From: an uncultured Candidatus Sumerlaeota bacterium
Lineage (GTDB): Bacteria > Sumerlaeota > Sumerlaeia > MWCT01 > JAUWMI01
Reading direction: 5' to 3'
DNA length: 64,000 nucleotides
NCBI GenBank assembly: GCA_964454265.1
Contig: CAYVXD010000002.1
Location: forward strand, 888 to 64,887
Part shown: one piece after another, positions 18,344 through 27,755 of the stretch
How the letters are laid out: every line of letters starts with the position of its first letter
Position numbering within the stretch: position 1 is the stretch's first letter
Program-made: the position numbers and the translations under genes
The notes under the pieces: model-generated
The model's input: the letters and a program-made list of their open reading frames with translations, nothing else
Database searches by the model: none
What the model was told of the DNA's origin: nothing

Positions 18344-19303
18344 TCAGCTTTCGAACAGGGCGTCAACGTACTCCTGCGGGTCGAAGTCTCGCAGATCCTC
18401 GAGTTTTTCGCCTACGCCGATCATGACGACCGGTATTTCGAAAAGGTCGCGAATCGCCACCAGGATACCCCCTTTGGCTGTTCCATCGAGTTTCGTCATG
18501 ACAATACCGGTGACAGGAATAGCCTGGCTGAATATTTTGGTCTGGTTGATGGCGTTTTGGCCTGTTGTTGCGTCGAGGATCAGGAGCGATTCGTGCGGGG
18601 CGTCGGGAACGAGTTTTTTTATCACGCGTACCATCTTTTTTAATTCTTCCATGAGATTGATCTTCGTGTGGAGGCGGCCTGCAGTGTCAATAATGACAAC
18701 GTCAGTGGCTCTGGCTTTAGCGGAGTTCAGCGCGTCGTAGCATACCGATGCCGGATCAGCACCCATGCTTTGCTTGACGAAGTCGCTGTGAGAGCGCTCG
18801 GCCCAGATTTCGAGCTGCTCGACTGCGGCTGCGCGGAAGGTGTCACCCGCCACAAGCATAACAGATTTGCCCGCATCATAGTAGCGCTTTGCGAGCTTAC
18901 CAATTGTGGTAGTCTTGCCAACCCCATTTACCCCGACAACAAAGATGACGGAGGGTTTCGCGGTTGGCGGTGCGAGCGGACGCTCACTCTTACTGACGAT
19001 GGAGAGCAGCGCCTGTTTGAAGACCGTGATGAGCATCTGTGGGTCTTTCACGCCGCGAACTGTGGTTTCCTCGCGGATAGTACTGATGATCTTGGCTGTG
19101 GTTGACACGCCGACATCGGCCTGGATAAGAATCTCCTCGATTTCTGACAGTAGATCCTCGTCAATCTTGCCGCGAAGCGCAACCAGCGTTTTCACCCGGT
19201 CAATCACACTGTGCTTGGTTTTTGCAAGGCGCTCTTTCAGGCGTGCGAAGAGCCCCTTTTTCTCCGGCGGCTGATTTGTATTGCGTTTTGACATTTTTGG
19301 CAA
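18344..19303 (-). CDS. ftsY: Signal recognition particle receptor FtsY
   Basis: The SRP GTPase motifs GVNGVGKTTTIGKLA, DTAGRLH and TKLDGTAKGG are present. Confidence 0.95.
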   Translation of the reverse strand: MPKMSKRNTNQPPEKKGLFARLKERLAKTKHSVIDRVKTLVALRGKIDEDLLSEIEEILIQADVGVSTTAKIISTIREETTVRGVKDPQMLITVFKQALLSIVSKSERPLAPPTAKPSVIFVVGVNGVGKTTTIGKLAKRYYDAGKSVMLVAGDTFRAAAVEQLEIWAERSHSDFVKQSMGADPASVCYDALNSAKARATDVVIIDTAGRLHTKINLMEELKKMVRVIKKLVPDAPHESLLILDATTGQNAINQTKIFSQAIPVTGIVMTKLDGTAKGGILVAIRDLFEIPVVMIGVGEKLEDLRDFDPQEYVDALFES

Positions 19304-19490
19304 GTGCGATTCGTGAATTTCACGGGCTAAAGGAAACAGACACGCTCTTACGCAGATTGTGGCTGATGTTCAAGCGAAAATTTACCTGTTATACCGGTTG
19401 AGACTCGACTTAGTACAGCGCAGGGGGTGCAGAGTTGCCAGAGGCTAATTCGCGACGAGGTGGCATGCGCTGCGAGAACCACAGGCCATC

Positions 19491-21212
19491 CTACTCTTTT
19501 TTGAAAATCTGAAAGGCAATATGTGTACGTGGCTTCGATGTGTACGATGGAAAGAAGACTTCATATACGGGTGTCTTGCTTTTGAGCTCTTGAGGGTATA
19601 AAACGACCAGCGAGTTGGATGAGATTTGCGGCCAAAAGCGTTCCATGTCGAGGCCAGGGGGCATGAAGACATACGGGAGTGAACGAAAGCCATCGGCTTT
19701 TACATGAGCCGGTTGTATCTTTTCGTAAAAGAGCACAAGGTACGGGGCAAAGGTGATATAGCCGGAGAGGTAAATCTGCACAGGAGGAGGGGAATGGTGC
19801 CGTGTATATTCGAGGGCCTCCTTTACTCCATACTGCCAATCTGGTGCCGAGTAGATGGGATAGAGGACAAAGAGGTTGAAGACGAACAGAAGCACCGCAA
19901 TACAGGCGACAATTACGAGACAAAGGAGGACTGTGCGCGCCACACGGTTGACATGAGGAACCGCTGGACGATTCGCCTGGTCAGGGGGACTAAGCCACTT
20001 GAGGACAGTATGAATGCCCATCGCTGTGATTAACTGGAGCATGGGAAGCGCGACGATTGAGCGCAGCGCATGAGGTACTCCCTCGTGCGTCAGGCTTGCT
20101 CCGACAGGGAACAGGAGAAACCAGCCGAGCAAGAGGAGGTCTGCCTGCGTGCGGCGCTTGGCGAGCCGAATCAGGCCAATTATCAGAAATGGCGCTTCAA
20201 AGAGGTAGAGTACGCCAAAGCTGGTAAGCAGAAGACCGACGGATTTGGGATTCAGATGAAATGGTACGCCCAGTACGTGCATGGCCGCTAAACTCTGGAC
20301 ACTGTGGCGTGTCAGCTCATCGCCTTTGAAAAACAGAAAGAGGGGTGAGTAGTGTTCGATATAATTACGGAGAAACAGGAGCAGGGTTTTATACCATGGG
20401 AGATTGAGAGTAAGAATCGAAATTCGCTCAAACCGCGAACCTCCCTGTGCACTGAGTGTGAACAGGAGGATCGGAACAGCCAGGATCAAGAACAGGCCTA
20501 GGCTGCCCAGGGCCCATGGCCGCGCCTCGCCGAGCCTTCGCCGGTATACAAGACAGAGCAGGAGCAGAAAGATCGGGATAAACAGGCGAGCCACCGCATA
20601 GGCGTAAAAGGAAATGCCAAATACTAAAGCGGCGAGTAACCAATAGCGGGGTTTCTGCTCAATGCCCTTGAGAAAACAGAGCAGGGCTATTGTGAGAAAC
20701 AGCGGCACTAGGATTCCCTGCAGGGCCCAGCGGCTGAAGAGCACGTGCCAGGGTGAAATCGCAAGGAGCAGACTGGCAATGAGAGCCAGGCGTGTGTTGT
20801 TCCAGAGCCGCTTTGCGAGGAAGAAGGTGAGGAGCACGGTCAGGATACCGGCAAGGGCAGCTGGCGCCCGGGTGGCGAATACGGTCAGGCCAAAGAGTGC
20901 CACGAAGGAGACGTCAAGATATTGGTAAATGGCGGATGTATACACGCCAAACACATTGCAAAAAAGCGGGAGAGGTTGAAAGCAGACACGCGATCCTGTG
21001 GGGAATGTTTCAAAGTAGATATAGCCGCCGGTTTTCAGGAGCGAGTAGGCAGTGTAGCCCTTTTCAGCTTCATCGCGAAAGAGAGCTGGCGGATTGGAAC
21101 CGAGGGAATAAAGACGTAGAATAGCTGCGAGCGCAATAATGAGAACAAGCAAATAAACTGGTGATCTGTGGTTCATTTCTTGCTCCAGGTGATCTTTTCC
21201 GCTTAAATGCAA
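19491..21212 (-). CDS. Polytopic membrane glycosyltransferase, family 39/ArnT-like
   Basis: 573-aa ORF with more than 10 TM segments. The N-terminal loop LFRDEAEKGYTAYSLLKTG is typical of PMT/ArnT-type enzymes. The start may be the internal Met at 21176. Confidence 0.65.
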   Translation of the reverse strand: MHLSGKDHLEQEMNHRSPVYLLVLIIALAAILRLYSLGSNPPALFRDEAEKGYTAYSLLKTGGYIYFETFPTGSRVCFQPLPLFCNVFGVYTSAIYQYLDVSFVALFGLTVFATRAPAALAGILTVLLTFFLAKRLWNNTRLALIASLLLAISPWHVLFSRWALQGILVPLFLTIALLCFLKGIEQKPRYWLLAALVFGISFYAYAVARLFIPIFLLLLCLVYRRRLGEARPWALGSLGLFLILAVPILLFTLSAQGGSRFERISILTLNLPWYKTLLLFLRNYIEHYSPLFLFFKGDELTRHSVQSLAAMHVLGVPFHLNPKSVGLLLTSFGVLYLFEAPFLIIGLIRLAKRRTQADLLLLGWFLLFPVGASLTHEGVPHALRSIVALPMLQLITAMGIHTVLKWLSPPDQANRPAVPHVNRVARTVLLCLVIVACIAVLLFVFNLFVLYPIYSAPDWQYGVKEALEYTRHHSPPPVQIYLSGYITFAPYLVLFYEKIQPAHVKADGFRSLPYVFMPPGLDMERFWPQISSNSLVVLYPQELKSKTPVYEVFFPSYTSKPRTHIAFQIFKKE

Positions 21213-21371
21213 TAGATTTTTCCCTAGGGACTATTCCCTGGTAATGCACCAAGCTCTTTCAAGTATGGTTCGGGTGAACATATAATTGGAGCGTGGCACG
21301 GCCATCCTGGCCGTGAGTTATCGAATTCATTCGGCCAGCATGATGTCTCATACATACATAAGCAAACGGGG

Positions 21372-22493
21372 CTATTTTGTCAACGGGCGAAAAAGCGGGA
21401 GTGCTGGATTGCTAAACGGGCCGGACCTCAGAAACGGAAGGTCGTCTGCAATAGCGCCTGAGTACCAGATGGCGATACCCTGACATTGGTATCTGCGTGC
21501 GATGGTGATCTGGTGCACCAGAGACTCAGGTTTTACGTCGTCTGCATTAAGCCCGCAAATGATTTTTGCCTGTGGGCCCACTGCCTGCCGAATAATCTTT
21601 AAATTCGCATCCAGCTGACCGGCTTGATAGAGCATTGGAGCCGCTGCGTCAATGTGGCCGTTACGAAGCCAGCTATACCACCCCTGGCCTTTAGAATCTA
21701 TCTCTCCGGGAGGAACTACTGCGGAGGTAATCGTGATCCCGGGACGCGCGGAGCGCAGCTGTTTTGCAAGTCCGGCGATAAATCGCTCGGTCTGACGCTT
21801 TCGCCAGTAGTCCCATATTTTGCGCGCACTGGATTCCGGCGGAAAGGCTCGTAATTCAAGCCCCGTATCTTTTCGAAATTGCTCCTTGCAGTATGAGCAA
21901 AAGCAGAACTCCTCAGTAGGGTATCGAATGCGGTCGAGATTTATGCCGTCAAATGAGTTGAGCTGGATTGCTTCCAGAAAGATATTAGTCAGAAGCACGT
22001 GGGATTTGGGATTGGAAGGGCAGAGCGAATAGAAGTCCCCCCACTGGTCTCGATGAAGATATAGATCTCCTGCCTGGTTGATTGCGGTCAGTTGGGGGAA
22101 TTTGTCCAGCAGAACGCCACGGCTTGTTGTTTTTCGGGCATCAGGAGTGTGAAAGGCATAGAAGCCGTATTCCATCCACGCCTCAGCGCACATGCCCCGT
22201 TTGTGAGTCTCTCCAATCAGCCATGACAGGATATTTTTCTCCTTCATCTCCGGATATTGAGGAAGGTGCTGGCTATTGGGATAGGCAACGTATCCGCGGA
22301 AATACGTTGCCACGTAAATGGTGTTAAAGTTGGCGTCATGCAGACCGTTGAGGAGTTGAGTGAGATGGGCCTGTCCTTTGAACAGATCGGACTTATCAAC
22401 CCAGACTGCACGGGTTTCAGTGGTGGCGGTTTGCGCCACGGCAAGCAACGGAATTCCAAAGAGAATGATGAAAGCGAAAACAAGTCGTTTCAT
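21372..22493 (-). CDS. Glycoside-hydrolase-like family 10 (UPF0748/YngK-like) lipoprotein/secreted protein
   Basis: RAVWVD...FNTIYVATYFRGYVAYPNS and a TIM-barrel-like pattern. I chose the ATG at 22493, which gives the signal peptide MKRLVFAFIILFGIPLLAVAQ, over the track's TTG at 22556. Confidence 0.65.
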   Translation of the reverse strand: MKRLVFAFIILFGIPLLAVAQTATTETRAVWVDKSDLFKGQAHLTQLLNGLHDANFNTIYVATYFRGYVAYPNSQHLPQYPEMKEKNILSWLIGETHKRGMCAEAWMEYGFYAFHTPDARKTTSRGVLLDKFPQLTAINQAGDLYLHRDQWGDFYSLCPSNPKSHVLLTNIFLEAIQLNSFDGINLDRIRYPTEEFCFCSYCKEQFRKDTGLELRAFPPESSARKIWDYWRKRQTERFIAGLAKQLRSARPGITITSAVVPPGEIDSKGQGWYSWLRNGHIDAAAPMLYQAGQLDANLKIIRQAVGPQAKIICGLNADDVKPESLVHQITIARRYQCQGIAIWYSGAIADDLPFLRSGPFSNPALPLFRPLTK

Positions 22494-22552
22494 GGCGTTA
22501 TTGCTTTCCGTTCTGGTTGATAGTAGGGGTGTTCGGCAGAACGCCCTTACTT

Positions 22553-23446
22553 TCAATCACCTTGCATACGGTCGTTTTCTAAACAGACAGCGTAGAGTTC
22601 ACACCGCTGGCAGACGGTTGAGTTCTTCTTTGCGGGACAAAGTTTTAGAATGCCCAGGCGGCATAGAGCGAAGTCGTACTTTACCGGATCCATGGGATCG
22701 AACCGTGTCAGTGCCCGAGTGACCTCGATGGCCGTTTTCATGGTTGCGTTTGTTCGCGTAGTCAGGCCAAGTCGCCTGGAGATGCGCGAAAGATGGATGT
22801 CGAGCGGTATAATGAGGCGGTCCGGCGGAATTTCCGGCCACAGGCCCAGGTCAATGTGATCCTGTGCCCGCACCACCCAGCGCAGGAACAACAATGGCCG
22901 TTTACAGGCGCTGCCGCCTGCTGGTGAAGGGAATAAGAAGCGGACAGGGGCCCGTCTGGGAATCTCTCGCTGGTGTGGAAAGTAGGGTGAAGCGTCGAGG
23001 TGCCAAAGGTTGGCAGCAAACCGCTCAAGGCTGGGCAGAATGTTTGGCTCCTGCGGCTGATAACATGAGAGAAAGAACTGTTTGATGGAGCCTGACTGGC
23101 GGAGAACTTGATGCAGTAGAAAGATAAGGCAGGCAATATCGCGGCCAGTGTTAAAACGATGCTTGAAGCCCTCGAACAATCGGTTGTGGCGCGCCGGAGA
23201 GAAATTGTAGACAAAGTCGTAGGGATGGCCATTCATGATTCCGAGAATGTGCAGGAGACTCTTGCGAATGACCTGCACGCTCCCATATGCCAGGCATGTT
23301 GATAGAAATGCTACAATCTCCTGATCTGCTTTCGCTCTATACTGATGGGGGAATTCAAGAGGATCAGAGTAAAGATATTCCGGGCGATGGTAGTTGCGAT
23401 ACAGGCGGTCGAGGAAATTTTGTAGTGATGCGGGTGATGTGCTCAA
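22553..23446 (-). CDS. TIGR02757/DUF2400 family protein
   Basis: 297-aa ORF. The N-terminal FLDRLYRNYHRPEYLYSDPLEFPHQY and the C-terminal Cys-rich end are typical of DUF2400. Confidence 0.7.
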   Translation of the reverse strand: MSTSPASLQNFLDRLYRNYHRPEYLYSDPLEFPHQYRAKADQEIVAFLSTCLAYGSVQVIRKSLLHILGIMNGHPYDFVYNFSPARHNRLFEGFKHRFNTGRDIACLIFLLHQVLRQSGSIKQFFLSCYQPQEPNILPSLERFAANLWHLDASPYFPHQREIPRRAPVRFLFPSPAGGSACKRPLLFLRWVVRAQDHIDLGLWPEIPPDRLIIPLDIHLSRISRRLGLTTRTNATMKTAIEVTRALTRFDPMDPVKYDFALCRLGILKLCPAKKNSTVCQRCELYAVCLENDRMQGD

Positions 23447-24750
23447 CAGGCAGCTCCGGTCATTGTGGGTGCACGATCAAGAATATTTTTGATAATCTCA
23501 GCGCTTCGCCTGGCACTTCCTTTGTTTCGTTCAACTGCTTGCACTGCTTGCTGGCCAATCTCGTGTCGGCGGGTTTCGTTTTCCAGTAGCTCGGTGATAG
23601 TGGGAACAAGGGCGTTTGCGGTGATTTGCAGGCCTCCTCCAGTTTGGTTCATAATCTCCGTGATTTCTGGCTGATTGTGCATATGGGGGCCATAGAGGAC
23701 AGGGATGCGATGAATTGCGGCCTCTAGCAAGTTGTGTCCGCCAATGGGAACGAAGCTGCCGCCAACGATGGCCAGCGATCCAACCCCGTATACATTGGCG
23801 AGCTCGCCCATTACATCCAGCAGCAGCACGTCAGGATTTGTGGCTGCAGGTTTGCTAGCTCGCGAAACACTCAGTCCCTTTGCCGTAGCCAGGCGGTAGG
23901 CTTCATCGAAGCGCTCAGGGTGACGAGGAGCCAGAACGAGGTGGAGAGATGGAAACCGGGATTTCAGCGTGCAAAACGCACTGAGGATAAGCTCCTCCTC
24001 GCCCGGATGAGTGCTGCCAGCGACTATAATGGGATCTGTTGGTGCGATTGTCCACTGGTGCAGGATGGTCTGTCTGGCCTCGGGGCTTAAGGGAGCACCG
24101 GGCGAGTCGAATTTGCAATTTCCGGTAACGAATACTCTGTCCCGGCTGCCGCAGAGTGTTGCCATGCGTTCGGCATCCGCAGTGGTCTGCATAAGAAAGG
24201 CCTGTACACCGTCAAGCGGCCGCTTGAACAGGAATTTGAATCGCTTGTAAAGACGAAAAGACCTAGGTGAAAGCTTTCCGTTTGCCAGGAAGATTCTAAC
24301 TCCGCGGTCGCGTGCCAGCATGAGAAAGTTGGGCCAAAGCTCAGTCTCCATCATGATGAATAGGGTTGGGCGGAAGTGATCGAGAAACTTGCGTACGATC
24401 CAGGAGGCATCCAGGGGGTAGTAAGTTATCGTGTCGGCCATGGTGAGGGATTTCTGCGCCTTTTGCTGGCCTGTTTCAGTGATAGTAGATGCGATGACTC
24501 GGGCGTCCGGGAACGTGCGCTTGAGTTCGGGGATCAGCGCTGCTGCGGCCACCACTTCGCCGACCGAGACCGCGTGGACCCAAATACGCTCACCTCCATT
24601 ATAGCGTGGCGATGGCGTCAGATCAAGCTGTTTGCCAAGCATTCCCTTCAGGCTGTTTCGATATTTCTTTTTCATCATGATTTTGTATGCAACAGAAGGG
24701 AGCACAAAGGGCGAAGCCAGCAGGTAGAGGATGTTCACGAATTGGATCAT
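23443..24750 (-). CDS. waaA: 3-deoxy-D-manno-octulosonic acid (Kdo) transferase
   Basis: WVHAVSVGEV motif with a GT-B C-terminal half. Its 3' end overlaps the next gene's start by 4 nt (23443..23446). Confidence 0.9.
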   Translation of the reverse strand: MIQFVNILYLLASPFVLPSVAYKIMMKKKYRNSLKGMLGKQLDLTPSPRYNGGERIWVHAVSVGEVVAAAALIPELKRTFPDARVIASTITETGQQKAQKSLTMADTITYYPLDASWIVRKFLDHFRPTLFIMMETELWPNFLMLARDRGVRIFLANGKLSPRSFRLYKRFKFLFKRPLDGVQAFLMQTTADAERMATLCGSRDRVFVTGNCKFDSPGAPLSPEARQTILHQWTIAPTDPIIVAGSTHPGEEELILSAFCTLKSRFPSLHLVLAPRHPERFDEAYRLATAKGLSVSRASKPAATNPDVLLLDVMGELANVYGVGSLAIVGGSFVPIGGHNLLEAAIHRIPVLYGPHMHNQPEITEIMNQTGGGLQITANALVPTITELLENETRRHEIGQQAVQAVERNKGSARRSAEIIKNILDRAPTMTGAAC

Positions 24751-24820
24751 AATCTAGTAGCACAGGCATTTCTGCCTGCCTTTTCCATTGATGGGTGTGT
24801 GACCACAGCATTCCGGCCGT

Positions 24821-25261
24821 TCAGTGCGGTATGGAGTCTTTCTGGACGAGTTTGAGCCTGCTGTTCCGGGCAACCTTATCAAGGATACCGTTAATGAAAG
24901 AGGGTGAGTCAATGTCTCCATAAATTTTGGCAATCTCAATATATTCATTAATGGTGACTTTAGGCGGAATGTCGCCAAAGTGAAGCAACTCGCTGGTGGC
25001 GAGGCGAAGGATATTCTTGTCAATTAAAGAGAGACGATCAAGGCGCCAGTTGGTGATTACCTTTTGAAGCAATAGATCAATATATGCAAGGTTGAGGAGA
25101 GTTTTTTCGAGCAGTTGAATGGTAAAGTCGCCAGGCTGGGGCTTTTTCTTCAGCTCAAGACAGGCGAAGTTCTCCAGCGTCTCCTGAAGCGAAAGGGCGG
25201 TTATGTCAATTGCGTAGAGGAGCTGAAGTCCTAATTCTCTGGCCACACGGCGTTGTCCCAT
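24821..25261 (-). CDS. nusB: Transcription antitermination factor NusB
   Basis: 146 aa, reading RRVARELGLQLLYAIDI ... LIDKNILRLATSELL. Confidence 0.9.
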   Translation of the reverse strand: MGQRRVARELGLQLLYAIDITALSLQETLENFACLELKKKPQPGDFTIQLLEKTLLNLAYIDLLLQKVITNWRLDRLSLIDKNILRLATSELLHFGDIPPKVTINEYIEIAKIYGDIDSPSFINGILDKVARNSRLKLVQKDSIPH

Positions 25262-25329
25262 TGTTACCCGACCTGGTGGAACAGTAATAGATGATCAGCG
25301 GGCTGCCGGTTTGCGGCAGCCCTGGCTTA

Positions 25330-26490
25330 TTACATTGCGTATTGGTAAAGCGTAAAGCTCATGTCCTTCTGGGCGAAATAGAGACTTAACCCATTAAAGA
25401 CTGATCGTGCGAGATCAACCTGAAACTTGCGATCCAGCAGATGCTTGACCTCGTTTTGGTTGTTAATGAAGCCACATTCAATGAGCAAAGCAGGCATGTA
25501 GTAGTTGACCAGTACGCGGAATCGTGCGCTCTTAATCCCTCGATTGTATTTGCGAAAGTAGGCAATGTCCTTCAATGCTGTGCTGACATTATTGCAGACC
25601 TCTATGCTTTTGTTTTTCTCAACTTCGAGCTTATCCTTCAACAGATTTTTAAAGAGCGTTGTGTTTTGTTTGGAGCCGTTGATGTTCAGCTGGCCCTCGT
25701 TTTCGAGTTCTTCCAGATATTTTACCGCAGCATTATCCGATCCTTTTTCGTTCCAGTAGAAGAGTTCAATTCCCTGGGCCCGTGTGGCTTCGTAGCCTCG
25801 CGTGGCATTACAGTGGATGCTGATAAAGACGTCGCCTCTATGGCGTTCTGCAAATGCGATGCGCTCCGTCAGTGTCATGTCCTTATCGCGTGTGCGCGTG
25901 AGAATGGCAGTCATGTTTGGCGACGAATCAATCACCTCTTTCAGAACCTTTGCAATCACAAGGTTCACGTCCTTTTCCCAGATATAGCGTCCGTTAACTT
26001 TCCGGCTTGAACGTGCGCCTTTGGAGTCTCCTCCATGACCGGGATCAATGATGACTACCTTTTTAGGGGTAAGCCGGGCGGATCCGTTCTGCCCGGCAAT
26101 ATCTACTGTGAGGGCCGGCGGAGTGTCTGTTGAGCGGACCACGTACTGAGCTGGAGAACACAGATAGAATATCAGGCGAACAATGTGAGACTGCGGATAG
26201 CTAACCACTCTGACGCTTTTGACCCGTGCATCGTGCAGCTCAAAGGTCTGCTCCCGGCAGTAGTTATCCATATTGAGAAGATCAATGTAGAAATACCCAC
26301 TGTCGCGCAGTGCATCTTTTATCTCGTACTGGCTGGGCTTGTTGAGGGAGATGCAAAAGCGGATGCGGTCGGGCAGGCTTTCATAGGTGATGTCATCCAG
26401 CTGGCTCCCAAGTGTTTGAGCCGTGAGGGAGAGCAAGAGAGCGGACAGGAATAGGATTCCAGATTGTCTGCGGGCTGTGGCTTTCATCAT
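25330..26490 (-). CDS. N-acetylmuramoyl-L-alanine amidase (Amidase_3) with N-terminal AMIN-like domain
   Basis: VVIIDPGHGGDSKGA and FISIHCNA motifs, with a signal peptide. Confidence 0.85.
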   Translation of the reverse strand: MMKATARRQSGILFLSALLLSLTAQTLGSQLDDITYESLPDRIRFCISLNKPSQYEIKDALRDSGYFYIDLLNMDNYCREQTFELHDARVKSVRVVSYPQSHIVRLIFYLCSPAQYVVRSTDTPPALTVDIAGQNGSARLTPKKVVIIDPGHGGDSKGARSSRKVNGRYIWEKDVNLVIAKVLKEVIDSSPNMTAILTRTRDKDMTLTERIAFAERHRGDVFISIHCNATRGYEATRAQGIELFYWNEKGSDNAAVKYLEELENEGQLNINGSKQNTTLFKNLLKDKLEVEKNKSIEVCNNVSTALKDIAYFRKYNRGIKSARFRVLVNYYMPALLIECGFINNQNEVKHLLDRKFQVDLARSVFNGLSLYFAQKDMSFTLYQYAM

Positions 26491-26570
26491 ACGTTAGCCA
26501 GTGCTGGAACGGGGGCGTCATTTCTTACAGGATATAGAACTCGAGTGACGTGCCATTGCCCCAGTTATTG

Positions 26571-27056
26571 CTACTTTGCCTCTTTTTCCAATGTTGCCAG
26601 GTGGTCTTTAACGGCCTTAATTTCCTCGCTTTGTACAGGGTCCAATAGTTTCAAGTATTCTTCCCACAATTGACCTGCTTTTTGCTTGTTGTTAAGTCGT
26701 TCATAACAGAGTGCCAGGTTGAAAATTGCCCCGGGCATCTCGGGTTTGACCTTAAGTGCTTTTCTAAACCAGTCTTTTGCTTGCTGGTAGTCTTCTTGAG
26801 CGGCGGCTACCGTGCCAAGGTTATAGAAGTCAATTTCGTCTACCGGAACAAATCCTATCTCGTGAAGCCAGTGAATCTTATCCATTGGGTCCAGAGACTG
26901 AAACAGGGTGAATCCGTATCGTTTATAGGCTTGGTCAAGGTCACGCTTCAGTGCTGTGCGATAGCGCTGAAGTTCGAACTTGTATAAATCCTGCCTCTCA
27001 GTTGCCTGAGCATTGCGACCTGGCTTCGGCCGGTCCTTGCTGCTTGTTTTACCCAT
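26571..27056 (-). CDS. TPR repeat protein
   Basis: 161-aa ORF. YQQAKDWFRKALKVKPEMPGAIFNLALCYERLNNKQKA is a TPR pattern. Confidence 0.6.
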   Translation of the reverse strand: MGKTSSKDRPKPGRNAQATERQDLYKFELQRYRTALKRDLDQAYKRYGFTLFQSLDPMDKIHWLHEIGFVPVDEIDFYNLGTVAAAQEDYQQAKDWFRKALKVKPEMPGAIFNLALCYERLNNKQKAGQLWEEYLKLLDPVQSEEIKAVKDHLATLEKEAK

Positions 27057-27290
27057 CCAAAGTCTCCTTTATTAGTGTCTAAAAGAAATTCGAGATACTG
27101 ATACAGCGTTTCACAAAATCTGTCCATCTTTTTTTCGTAGCGGCGGGCTCCGGCTCAAGGGAAGGCGTAATTCGAAAAGAGAATCTCCGGGGCGGTGCGG
27201 CAAAAGAGTGCTAAGGCAAAGTCAACGACCGCCCGAGGGCGTCAGAAGCCCCGGGGGTGCACAAAGCAATAGTTAAGTGCAGAGTGAGCT

Positions 27291-27659
27291 TCACCCGAGA
27301 ATCTTTTTAAGAATGGCCTCAACGCGGGGTGGCTCGAATGGCTTCATTATGTAATCCACTGCTCCGGCCTCCATGGCCTGCTCGACGGAATCCGCGTGAG
27401 AGGCTGCTGAAAGCATGACAATAGGAATGTGGCTGGTGTTCTCGTCTGCTTTCAGCTGTTTGCAGACTTCAAATCCATTGATAACAGGCATCATAATGTC
27501 AAGCAAGATTAAGTCGGGCTTTTCGGCTTTTACTTTGTCCAAGGTATCAAGGCCGTCGTAGGAGGTCACTACATCATAGCCCTTTGATTCAAGATAGAGT
27601 TTGATGACGGTCTTGATATCTTCCTCGTCATCCGCAAGAAGAATCTTTTTCTTTCCCAT
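27291..27659 (-). CDS. Single-domain response regulator (CheY-like receiver)
   Basis: MGKKKILLADDEEDI...DLILLDIMMPVINGFEV...KPF. I chose the start at 27659 (AAGGAG lies 7 nt upstream) instead of the track start at 27728. Confidence 0.85.
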   Translation of the reverse strand: MGKKKILLADDEEDIKTVIKLYLESKGYDVVTSYDGLDTLDKVKAEKPDLILLDIMMPVINGFEVCKQLKADENTSHIPIVMLSAASHADSVEQAMEAGAVDYIMKPFEPPRVEAILKKILG

Positions 27660-27755
27660 AGCTTGACTCCTTTCGTGGCCGGATGGGCAGCTCTGGCTGT
27701 CCCATAGGCTCAGAAGATCATTGGCCACACTTGGGCCCTCTAAGATTAGTCCCTG